From positions 2,939-66,938 of IMG/VR virus record IMGVR_UViG_3300021960_000062: 64,000 nt of DNA. The stretch is one strand, 5' to 3'. Position numbers and translations under genes: made by a program. The notes under the pieces were generated by a model. That model did no database searches. It saw only the letters and a program-made list of their open reading frames with translations, and was not told the origin of the DNA. The number at the start of each line of letters is the position of its first letter. The first letter of the stretch is position 1. Positions 36,412 to 44,709 of the stretch are shown here, piece after piece. The stretch is from a virus.

Positions 36412-37006
36412 TCTCAACGTAGCATTTGTTTTAGGTAACGGTACTAGTCGTAAATCGATAGATATGCGACAACTACAACGCTATGGAAAAATTTATGCTT
36501 GTAACGCAGTCTATAGAGAATTTACACCAGATTATCTAATAGCAGTTGATGCTAAAATGGTAAAAGAAATTGTACAAAAAGGGTGGCATTTACGCAATCA
36601 AGTATGGACAAACCCTAATAAAGATGTACGTACAATACAAGGTTTACACTTCTTTAATCCACATAAAGGATGGTCAAGCGGACCTACGGCACTATGGCTA
36701 GCAAGTCAGCATGGGTATGACGCCATTTATATAATTGGTTTTGATTATCAGGGGTTAAACGGAAAGGTAAATAACATTTACGCAGATACGCCTAATTATA
36801 AGCGTAGCACTGATCAGGCAACATACTTCGGTAATTGGGCTAACCAAACCGAAAAAATACTAAGGGAATTTACAGGCCAACGATACTACAGAGTGTGTCA
36901 TAAAGAAGTTTTTACACCAGATAACGTACAACGTGTAACAAATAACTTTAGCCACTTATATTTTGAAGAATTTGAAGAGAAATTCCCTGGTACGGTATTT
37001 AAATAG
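36371..37006 (+). CDS. DUF115/MAF_flag10-like (sialyltransferase-like Rossmann fold) enzyme
   Basis: AFVLGNGTSR, YACNAVYREFTPDYLIAVD, SSGPTALWLA and IYIIGFD. Confidence 0.65.
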   Translation: MDNQPQKNSPHNNNLNVAFVLGNGTSRKSIDMRQLQRYGKIYACNAVYREFTPDYLIAVDAKMVKEIVQKGWHLRNQVWTNPNKDVRTIQGLHFFNPHKGWSSGPTALWLASQHGYDAIYIIGFDYQGLNGKVNNIYADTPNYKRSTDQATYFGNWANQTEKILREFTGQRYYRVCHKEVFTPDNVQRVTNNFSHLYFEEFEEKFPGTVFK

Positions 37007-37057
37007 GCAGAATTCTTCAAAAAAACACCATTTAATGGGTAATGTACAACTATTATG

Positions 37058-37063
37058 TAAATA
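37058..37063 (+). promoter_or_regulatory. Late promoter TAAATA for the core/protease/scaffold/capsid unit
   Basis: tgTAAATAc upstream of SD AGGAGG and the ATG at 37099. Confidence 0.6.
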
Positions 37064-37098
37064 CTAGTTGACAGCTTACCAATTTCAGGAGGATTACT

Positions 37099-37995
37099 AT
37101 GTCAGAACAAAATTCAAAAATCGCTGAAATGCTTGATCATTTAGTAAATGATGACACAGCAAAAGCGGAAGAACTATTCCACGAGTACGTGGTAGAAAAA
37201 TCAAGAGATATTTACGAAGGTCTTATTGAAGACGAAGTCGATGAAGCCACTAAGGACGAAGACGAGTCTGTAGAAGAAGCTTCAGAAGAAGATACAGATG
37301 ACGAAGCAGTAGACGAAGCATCAGACAACGATGACGAAGATGCTGTTGAAGAGTCAGCAGACGCAGACGACGAAGAAGTTGAAGAAGGCTTTGACGAAGT
37401 TGAAATGGAAGCAGACGACGAGGACGAAGGCGACGCTACAGACGATATGATGGGCGACGTTGAAGAGCCAGAAGGCGAAGAATCTGAAGACGACGGTGAG
37501 CCAGCAGATAAAGGCGACATCATGGATCTTAAAGATGCTATCGCAGATCTAGAAGCTGCATTTAAAGAGTACGCTGACGGAGAAGAAGGTGCTGAAGAGC
37601 CAGAAATGGATGACATGGAAGCTATTCAACCAGAATTTGAATCAGAAGAAGGTGCTGAAGACTTAGAAACAGTACGTGAATACGTTGAAAAAGTAGACGG
37701 TCACGGTGCTGAGAAAAAAGGCAAAGCAGAAACAGCTGATAACAAAGCATCACCAGTAGCAAAACCAAACAATATGGGCGGAACTACTGCTAACATCGCA
37801 AAAGGCGGCGAAGGCGGCGGATCTGAAACAGGTTTAACTGGCAAAGCAAAAGATATGAATATCGGACACATCAACAAAGTTGGTGGATCTAAAGAGTCAG
37901 AGCGCATGAGCAAAGACGGATCAGGTCACGGTGCTGAAAAGAAAGGCGCTGGTGAAGGATCTGCTGATGCTACTAGCGTAATTGGCAGTAAGTAA
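37099..37995 (+). CDS. Highly acidic prohead core / internal protein
   Basis: Asp/Glu-rich with many V-x-E sites (VDEA, VEEA, VEES, VEEG). Located between portal and protease. Confidence 0.7.
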   Translation: MSEQNSKIAEMLDHLVNDDTAKAEELFHEYVVEKSRDIYEGLIEDEVDEATKDEDESVEEASEEDTDDEAVDEASDNDDEDAVEESADADDEEVEEGFDEVEMEADDEDEGDATDDMMGDVEEPEGEESEDDGEPADKGDIMDLKDAIADLEAAFKEYADGEEGAEEPEMDDMEAIQPEFESEEGAEDLETVREYVEKVDGHGAEKKGKAETADNKASPVAKPNNMGGTTANIAKGGEGGGSETGLTGKAKDMNIGHINKVGGSKESERMSKDGSGHGAEKKGAGEGSADATSVIGSK

Positions 37996-38014
37996 ACTAA
38001 TCGGAGCCCAGTAG

Positions 38015-38647
38015 GTGAAAAATACTTTAACAGAACATTTAAGTTTTGACCAAGCTCAGTTACAACTCGAAAGGGCCGGTGAGGGAGATGATAAATCTTT
38101 GTATCTAAATGGCATTTGTATCCAAGGTGATATTCGTAATGCTAATCAAAGATTTTATCCTACTTCTGAAATTGCTCGGGCTGTCAAAACCCTTAACGAA
38201 CAAATTGAGGGCGGTTATTCAGTGTTAGGTGAAGTTGATCATCCTGCTGATTTACGAATTAATTTGGACAGAGTTAGCCACATGATTACAAAGATGTGGA
38301 TGGATGGTCCAAACGGCTACGGAAAAATGAAGGTTCTACCAACGCCCATGGGACAATTAGTACAAACCATGTTGCAAAGTGGAGTCAAACTAGGCGTTTC
38401 CAGCAGGGGCTCCGGTAACGTTTCCGAAGACGGAAGTGGTAAAGTATCAGATTTTGAAATTATTACAGTAGATGTTGTGGCGCAACCAAGCGCACCAGGA
38501 GCATATCCAACACCCGTATATGAGCATCTAATGAATACATTAGGCGGTGAAAAGGCATTTAAAATAGCAAAAGAAGTTCAAGGCGACCCAAAGGCACAGA
38601 AGTATATCGCAGAAAGCCTGGTGAGTATCATCAGGAAACTGAAATGA
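38015..38647 (+). CDS. gp21: Prohead protease (GTG start)
   Basis: N.NQRFYP, LGEVDHP (catalytic His), LGVSSRGSG (catalytic Ser) and DVVAQPSAPGA. Confidence 0.95.
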   Translation: MKNTLTEHLSFDQAQLQLERAGEGDDKSLYLNGICIQGDIRNANQRFYPTSEIARAVKTLNEQIEGGYSVLGEVDHPADLRINLDRVSHMITKMWMDGPNGYGKMKVLPTPMGQLVQTMLQSGVKLGVSSRGSGNVSEDGSGKVSDFEIITVDVVAQPSAPGAYPTPVYEHLMNTLGGEKAFKIAKEVQGDPKAQKYIAESLVSIIRKLK

Positions 38648-38663
38648 TCGTTAGGAGAATCAC

Positions 38664-39764
38664 ATGATTGATATTGTTAAACAACTATTCGAAAACGATG
38701 TGATTTCCGAGGAAATGAAATCGGAAATTGAATCTGCTTGGACAAGCAAGATTCAAGAAAACCGTGATCAAGTCACCGCAGAACTTCGTGAAGAGTTTGC
38801 TCAAAAATATGAGCATGACAAGTCTACAATGGTAGAAGCTGTTGATAAAATGGTAAGTGAAAGACTAGCATCTGAGTTATCAGAACTAGCCGAAGATCGA
38901 AATCAGCTTATCGAAGCTAAAGCCAAGTATGCGAAAAAGATGAAAGATGACGCTAAGAAAATGGAGGGCTTTGTCCTACAAAAATTAGCATCTGAATTAT
39001 CTGAGCTACACGAAGATCGTAAAAACGTAGCGGCAAATTTTGCTAAATTGGAAAGCTTCATTGTTGATGCTCTTTCAAAAGAAATTGCAGAATTCCACAC
39101 AGACAAGAAAGACCTAGCAGAGACAAAAGTCAAACTTGTACGTGAAAGCAAAGCAAAATTTGAGCAAGTCAAGTCAGATTTTATTGCTAAGTCAGCTAAG
39201 TTAGTTGAAGGCGTAGTTAAGTCTAAACTAAACAGTGAAATTAGTCAATTAAAAGAAGACATTGAATCCGCTCGCAGAAACGACTTTGGTCGCAGGATTT
39301 TTGAATCCTTCGCAAGCGAATATGCTTCAAGTCATTTAAATGAAAAATCTGAAACTGCTAAACTTCTAAAAGTTGTTGAGCAGGCTAAAGATGAGTTGGC
39401 TGAAGCACAAAAAGAAATTGCTCAGAAGCAAGAAATTGTAGAAAGCAAAGAGCGTGAAATCCGTGTTGCAAAAGACATGGCGTCACGTAAGGACATTATG
39501 AGCGAACTATTAAATCCGCTTACTGGAGAGAAAAAATCAGTAATGAACGAGTTACTTGAAAGCGTAAAAACAGACAAGTTACACGCGGCATTTGAAAAGT
39601 ACTTGCCAGCTGTTATGGCAGGCGATGCTCCAAAATCAAAGGCAACACTGGTAGAAGGCAAAGAAGTCACAGGCGATAAAGAAACACAGGCACAAACAAA
39701 CAGCAGTGAGGACAAAACTGCTGCAATTTATGACATCCGCAAGCTCGCGGGACTTAAAGTTTAA
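38664..39764 (+). CDS. gp22: Prohead scaffolding protein
   Basis: Long Glu/Lys/Ala-rich coiled coil between the protease and the major capsid gene. Confidence 0.8.
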   Translation: MIDIVKQLFENDVISEEMKSEIESAWTSKIQENRDQVTAELREEFAQKYEHDKSTMVEAVDKMVSERLASELSELAEDRNQLIEAKAKYAKKMKDDAKKMEGFVLQKLASELSELHEDRKNVAANFAKLESFIVDALSKEIAEFHTDKKDLAETKVKLVRESKAKFEQVKSDFIAKSAKLVEGVVKSKLNSEISQLKEDIESARRNDFGRRIFESFASEYASSHLNEKSETAKLLKVVEQAKDELAEAQKEIAQKQEIVESKEREIRVAKDMASRKDIMSELLNPLTGEKKSVMNELLESVKTDKLHAAFEKYLPAVMAGDAPKSKATLVEGKEVTGDKETQAQTNSSEDKTAAIYDIRKLAGLKV

Positions 39765-39776
39765 GGAGATAAAATT

Positions 39777-40949
39777 ATGTCAGAACTACTCGAGTCACGC
39801 TGGCAGGAAACCAAAGGCGCTCTATTAGAAGGCCTTGATGGAACTCGCAAATCGGTTATGGCTACTACTCTTGAAAATACTAGAAAGTATTTGTCAGAGA
39901 GTGCTACAGCTGGTGCTACTTCTGCCGGTAACGTTGCTACCCTAAATCGTGTGATCCTACCTGTGATCAGACGTGTAATGCCAACAGTCATTGCTAATGA
40001 ACTTGTTGGTGTACAACCAATGACAGGTCCAGTTGGACAAATCCACACCCTACGTGTACGCTATGCGTCCACAGATACTGGTGCTGGTGTAACAGCTGGT
40101 GAAGAGGCTCTAAGCCCATTCAAGATTGCTGCAGCCTATTCAGGTAACTCAGCTGATCCAGCAAAAGGTGGATCAACTGCTACACTTGAAGGTGAGCCAG
40201 GCAACAAAATGTCAATCCAAATCTTGAAGCAAACTGTAGAAGCAAAAACCAGAAAGCTATCAGCTCGCTGGACTTTTGAAGCTGCACAAGATGCTCAAGC
40301 ACAACAAGGCATTGACATTGAAGCTGAAATCATGGCTGCACTAGCGCAAGAAATTACTGCTGAAATTGATCAGGAAGTAATTAACTCGCTACGTGATCTT
40401 GCTGGTACAGGTTCAGAGACTTATGACCAGTCAGCGGTATCAGGTACTGCTACATTTGTTGGTGATGAACATGCTGCATTAGCTGTTTTAATCAACAGAC
40501 AAGCAAACCTAATCGCTCAGCGTACAAGAAGAGGCGCTGGTAACTACGCTGTAGTTTCACCATTCGCTTTAACAATTCTTCAAAGTGCTACAACTTCTGC
40601 GTTCGCAAGAACAACAGAAGGTACATTCGAAGCTCCAACTAACACTAAGATGGTTGGTACTTTGAACAACGCTATGAAGGTATATGTTGATTCATACGCT
40701 GCAAATAACGCACCTGTTCTTATTGGTTACAAAGGATCAAGTGAGTCAGACGCACCTGCGTTCTACTGCCCATACATTCCATTAATGAGCAGTGGCGTTG
40801 TGCTAGATCCAGGCACATTTGAGCCTGTAGTAAGCTTCATGACTAGATACGGATATGTTGAGTTAACAAACACAGCATCGTCTCTAGGTAATGCTGCAGA
40901 CTACTTGGCACGTGTTGAGATCACAGACTCAAGCGTTTCATTCAAGTAA
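39777..40949 (+). CDS. gp23: Major capsid protein
   Basis: RRVMPTVIANELVGVQPMTGPVGQI, VEAKTRKLSARWTFEAAQD and FYCPYIPL...FEP...FMTRYG. Confidence 0.97.
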   Translation: MSELLESRWQETKGALLEGLDGTRKSVMATTLENTRKYLSESATAGATSAGNVATLNRVILPVIRRVMPTVIANELVGVQPMTGPVGQIHTLRVRYASTDTGAGVTAGEEALSPFKIAAAYSGNSADPAKGGSTATLEGEPGNKMSIQILKQTVEAKTRKLSARWTFEAAQDAQAQQGIDIEAEIMAALAQEITAEIDQEVINSLRDLAGTGSETYDQSAVSGTATFVGDEHAALAVLINRQANLIAQRTRRGAGNYAVVSPFALTILQSATTSAFARTTEGTFEAPTNTKMVGTLNNAMKVYVDSYAANNAPVLIGYKGSSESDAPAFYCPYIPLMSSGVVLDPGTFEPVVSFMTRYGYVELTNTASSLGNAADYLARVEITDSSVSFK

Positions 40950-40962
40950 TACTTGGAACTCT

Positions 40963-40994
40963 AAAAAGGGCGGCTTTATGTCGCCCTTTTTTTA
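40963..40994 (+). terminator. Rho-independent terminator after the capsid gene (potentially bidirectional)
   Basis: AAAAAGGGCGGC-tttat-GTCGCCC-TTTTTTTT. Confidence 0.9.
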
Positions 40995-40998
40995 TGAC

Positions 40999-41027
40999 TT
41001 GACAATCTTATCAAACTAGTATAATAT
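40999..41027 (+). promoter_or_regulatory. Host sigma70-type promoter
   Basis: TTGACA followed by TATAAT at 15 bp or TAATAT at 17 bp, just upstream of the ATG at 41036. Confidence 0.55.
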
Positions 41028-41035
41028 ATACAATT

Positions 41036-41308
41036 ATGCTAGAAATTAAAACATGGGAAGATTTTCAAAAACTAAGAGAGCAGTTTTCCACTTGGCGTAA
41101 ACGGCATCCAATGTTTTCCCATGATGTTAGAGCTATAGAAAAAACTATAGAAGTACATATGAAATCTCATATGGACTATATCATTAAATATAAACAATCA
41201 AGAAAAGAACAAAATCTAGTAAACGCTCAACAAGAACTAGATGAAATTAACAGAATACTCAATACTGTAAGTAAAGCAGAATTAATGGCAATTCTTTCGC
41301 AAGGATAA
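41036..41308 (+). CDS. Small helical hypothetical protein
   Basis: 90-aa ORF filling the space between the terminator and the next late promoter. Confidence 0.65.
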   Translation: MLEIKTWEDFQKLREQFSTWRKRHPMFSHDVRAIEKTIEVHMKSHMDYIIKYKQSRKEQNLVNAQQELDEINRILNTVSKAELMAILSQG

Positions 41309-41403
41309 ATACTTGTGTCAGATAGTGTGCTACTTGTAGTAGACTTATGGGGAATACCAACCTCGTAGCGGCTAGAACCCGCATCGGACTTCTAACTTAG
41401 GAG
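41306..41403 (+). promoter_or_regulatory. Late promoter TAAATA plus structured 5' leader (four-way junction with pseudoknot)
   Basis: Closing stem GTCaGAT/ATCgGAC with three internal hairpins. Loop TAGAA is complementary to TTCTA just before SD AGGAG. Confidence 0.6.
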
Positions 41404-41410
41404 AAAAAAA

Positions 41411-41863
41411 ATGGGAAGACCACTCAATAAAAAACTTTTTGGACCACCAACAGCAGGTGGAAACGAACTCAAGTGTGATTTTTATGACGGCGTTTCAGCT
41501 GTTCTAGAAGGTTACATTGTAAAACAGCTAGGATCAAAAAAATTCCGCGTTGCTGCAATTGGCACACCAGCTACTACATACGATCGTTTCTTGACAACAG
41601 GTAAATTAGCATCAGCACTAACAGGTACTGAAATGGCAATTACTATGTTAATGGATGATTCAGAAACTTATCAAGTTTCAAAAATTACTGGACGTAGAGC
41701 TACTCTAGTTGCTCCAGATGGTACTGGAACAAATGCGTATGACGGAAAATCAGTTCCATGGAACTTTACAGTATCGACATCAGACGGTGCGGCACAAGCT
41801 GAAGAAGCTGGTGACGACGATGTACTAATTGGTACTGACGATGACGATTTCGTTAATGCGTAA
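41411..41863 (+). CDS. Putative virion structural protein
   Basis: 150-aa ORF with a strong SD and a late promoter, in the structural cluster. Confidence 0.7.
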   Translation: MGRPLNKKLFGPPTAGGNELKCDFYDGVSAVLEGYIVKQLGSKKFRVAAIGTPATTYDRFLTTGKLASALTGTEMAITMLMDDSETYQVSKITGRRATLVAPDGTGTNAYDGKSVPWNFTVSTSDGAAQAEEAGDDDVLIGTDDDDFVNA

Positions 41864-41887
41864 TCAATAAACTAACAGGAACTAAGC

Positions 41888-43426
41888 ATGGCTGAAGTAC
41901 TACAAACCAGTAACGATTTAATTCTAAAATCACGATCCGGCGGAGAGATAAAACTTGATGTCGGACCGTCTTCAGGTACTGGTGTTGTACGTGTTACAGC
42001 CAGCTTAGTTGTTGAAGGGCAAACGACTACTGTTAATTCTCAACAGTTAGCAGTACAAGATAATATGATAACACTAAATGCCGGCGAAACCGGCAATGGT
42101 GTTACTTTAAGTGTTAGCGGTCTTGAAGTTGACCGAGGCTTTTCAGCACCTAGTGTAAGAAACCCTTATGCTGTTTTTAGATTCAATGAAACAGATAATT
42201 CTTGGGAAATAGTAGAAAGAGACACTACTTCAAGATTTTCAAATAGTGCTTTAAGAGTAAAAAGTATACTAACAGATAGTTTTACAGATGGCGGCGACCT
42301 AACACTTATTGGTTCAGGTTCAGGCGTTATAAAAGTTGACGGAACTGTAAATTATCATCTTAATGTCAGCGGCGACGACGACATACCAAATAAAAAATAT
42401 GTTGATGTTGCTATTAATAATAGACAACCTAATAACAGAATTCAAAGAGATGATACTTATGTGATTGCTCAAGATGTTGATGGTGGCGCCGAAGGTGTTG
42501 CTATAATGAATCTTGGTACATCAGTTATTAATTCAAGAGGACTTGGTTATGTTCCGGGCGATGAACTTGTAATTAACGAAGGAACAAGAATTAGAGATGC
42601 CAAGTTTGAAGTTGATACTGTAGATCCTCAAGGAAGAATTTTAACAGTAACAATGACAGACCATGGTAGATTTTCTATTTTACCTGCGTCAAGAATTAAT
42701 GTTCAAACAATTACAAATAGTGTTCAAGGCGTTGGCGCTACTTTTGATTTACTGTATAATGTTGCTGAAATTTCATTAACAAACAGAGGTAATGATTATG
42801 ATAGCGTAACTATAGGATTTACCAATAATGGTGGTGAACTTAGAGTTGCTACAGCTACAGCAACTATTGACACAAATCCATTTTCAGTAACTTATAGACA
42901 AATTGATACAATTACAGTTACTGATGGCGGTAACTACGAAGACATTCCAGGAGTAACATTCTCAGCAGGACTTAATGCTACATTACCAGAAAGTCAAGTT
43001 CAAGTCGTTGTTGAAAATCAACCAGTTGCTACTTTCTATTCAAATAGATCACTTTTTGGTGAATTAGAAATTCTTGGAAACACTATTACTAATAATAACA
43101 CTAATAGTAATATTGTGCTAAGAACACAAGGTACTGCTTCGGTAGAGATACCAAGAGCATTACAATACAATTTTACAGGTGAAGTAGTTCCTTATATTAC
43201 AGGTGCTACATTAATGTATGGTGATACAGACGAATCTGTATCAGCACAAAGAACACCCGGTGGAACAGGGTTGTATTTTAATAATTCTAAGCAAACACTG
43301 TCTTGGCAACAATGGGTAACTAATAATCCCGATTCAAACATCAATACAGGGAACCTTGTTCAGTATCCTGCTAAGAATGAATTAATAAGTAAACAACGAG
43401 CATTGGCATATAGTATGCTGTTTTAG
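41888..43426 (+). CDS. Putative virion structural / fibre-associated protein
   Basis: Beta-rich, with G.GY..GD repeats and a V.DN.ITLNAGE...SGLEVDRG motif. Confidence 0.7.
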   Translation: MAEVLQTSNDLILKSRSGGEIKLDVGPSSGTGVVRVTASLVVEGQTTTVNSQQLAVQDNMITLNAGETGNGVTLSVSGLEVDRGFSAPSVRNPYAVFRFNETDNSWEIVERDTTSRFSNSALRVKSILTDSFTDGGDLTLIGSGSGVIKVDGTVNYHLNVSGDDDIPNKKYVDVAINNRQPNNRIQRDDTYVIAQDVDGGAEGVAIMNLGTSVINSRGLGYVPGDELVINEGTRIRDAKFEVDTVDPQGRILTVTMTDHGRFSILPASRINVQTITNSVQGVGATFDLLYNVAEISLTNRGNDYDSVTIGFTNNGGELRVATATATIDTNPFSVTYRQIDTITVTDGGNYEDIPGVTFSAGLNATLPESQVQVVVENQPVATFYSNRSLFGELEILGNTITNNNTNSNIVLRTQGTASVEIPRALQYNFTGEVVPYITGATLMYGDTDESVSAQRTPGGTGLYFNNSKQTLSWQQWVTNNPDSNINTGNLVQYPAKNELISKQRALAYSMLF

Positions 43427-43435
43427 GATAATGAA

Positions 43436-43807
43436 ATGATTGAAAATAAACAACTTACAGTAGACATTGAACCAATTTACACTTCGCCTGGAACGCCCGG
43501 TGATGTAAATGTTCAAAGTGCTATTACAACTTTAATATTTTGTAATACCACAGACCCAGACGATTCTACACTAGCACCTACTACAGGAGCATATGGTGGA
43601 GATACAAACATTGATGTATATCTTGTAAAAGCTGGAGCAACAGCTGATCCGGCGGTTAACGCAATTATTAAAAATTTAAAAGTACCAGCCGGCGAAACAG
43701 TATTTTTTGATACTGAAAGAATTGTACTCGGAGCAGGCGAAAGCATTCAAGCAAGATCAACAGAAAATAATAAAGTGATCGCAACAGTTAGTATTTTACC
43801 GGTGTAA
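43436..43807 (+). CDS. Small virion protein (paralog of 56090..56419)
   Basis: ITTLIFCN...IIKNLKVPAGET...ERIVL pattern, shared with the 109-aa protein. Confidence 0.7.
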   Translation: MIENKQLTVDIEPIYTSPGTPGDVNVQSAITTLIFCNTTDPDDSTLAPTTGAYGGDTNIDVYLVKAGATADPAVNAIIKNLKVPAGETVFFDTERIVLGAGESIQARSTENNKVIATVSILPV

Positions 43808-43810
43808 AGA

Positions 43811-44668
43811 ATGAAATATTTAAAAACGCAAAACTTGTCAAAATTTAATATTCAAGATGATACTTTTAAAGTACAACATCCTAGCGGACAAGTTACTATT
43901 AATTCAAAAGATAGTATTCAACTACCTAAAGGTGAGATAGTTGATAGAACTTATTATCCATTTGAAGGAATGGTGCGTTACACTACAAACAACACTTCAC
44001 AACACGAAATAGCAGATATTGCTCAACATTATCCTAATGTCGCTATTGGTTTAGAAATATATCACGAAGGTCGCTGGCTTCCTATACGTTCAGCAGAACC
44101 AGCAAAAATTATTAAACAAAATATGGGAGTAGGTAACTACGATGTAGTTACACAACCAGTTGAAGAACTAAGTCAATATTTTCCAACATACGATGCTAAT
44201 AGAAACCACACAGGAATGACATACGTTCCTGGATTAGCACACGGAAAAAATCCACAAGATTACATTGATAATATGATTGTTGTAGTTGAAAACGTTATTC
44301 AAATTAGCGGAACAAACTACGAATTATATCAGTCACAGGGCGAGATTGTAGGCTTTGCTATAACAAGCGCAGGCTCAAGCGATCACACAACAATGACTAT
44401 TAGTGTAAGCACTTCAGATTCAACAGGTGCTGGCGGCTCATTTACAGCTAACCTTGACGGTAATCCGGGAGCATTAGACAGTGTAACTGTCGTCGATGGC
44501 GGCACTGGATTTAATGACGCTTCTTTGATTTCAGTTACAGCAACAGGTGACGGAACTACAGACCCTACACTAGAAGCCTACGTACTACAACCAGGCTGGC
44601 ATTTAAAACTATTAAGTGCTGTTCCTGATACAAAACCAGTAAACGTATTTTTCGGCTACGATCAATAA
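43811..44668 (+). CDS. Putative virion structural protein
   Basis: LPKG...R....EGMVRY fibre-type motif and VENVIQ. Lies in a late operon. Confidence 0.65.
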   Translation: MKYLKTQNLSKFNIQDDTFKVQHPSGQVTINSKDSIQLPKGEIVDRTYYPFEGMVRYTTNNTSQHEIADIAQHYPNVAIGLEIYHEGRWLPIRSAEPAKIIKQNMGVGNYDVVTQPVEELSQYFPTYDANRNHTGMTYVPGLAHGKNPQDYIDNMIVVVENVIQISGTNYELYQSQGEIVGFAITSAGSSDHTTMTISVSTSDSTGAGGSFTANLDGNPGALDSVTVVDGGTGFNDASLISVTATGDGTTDPTLEAYVLQPGWHLKLLSAVPDTKPVNVFFGYDQ

Positions 44669-44685
44669 TCCTACCATCCTTACAA

Positions 44686-44691
44686 TAAATA
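44686..44691 (+). promoter_or_regulatory. Late promoter TAAATA
   Basis: aaTAAATAc followed by SD AAGGAG and the ATG at 44710. Confidence 0.65.
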
Positions 44692-44709
44692 CACTGTAAG
44701 GAGCATTTC

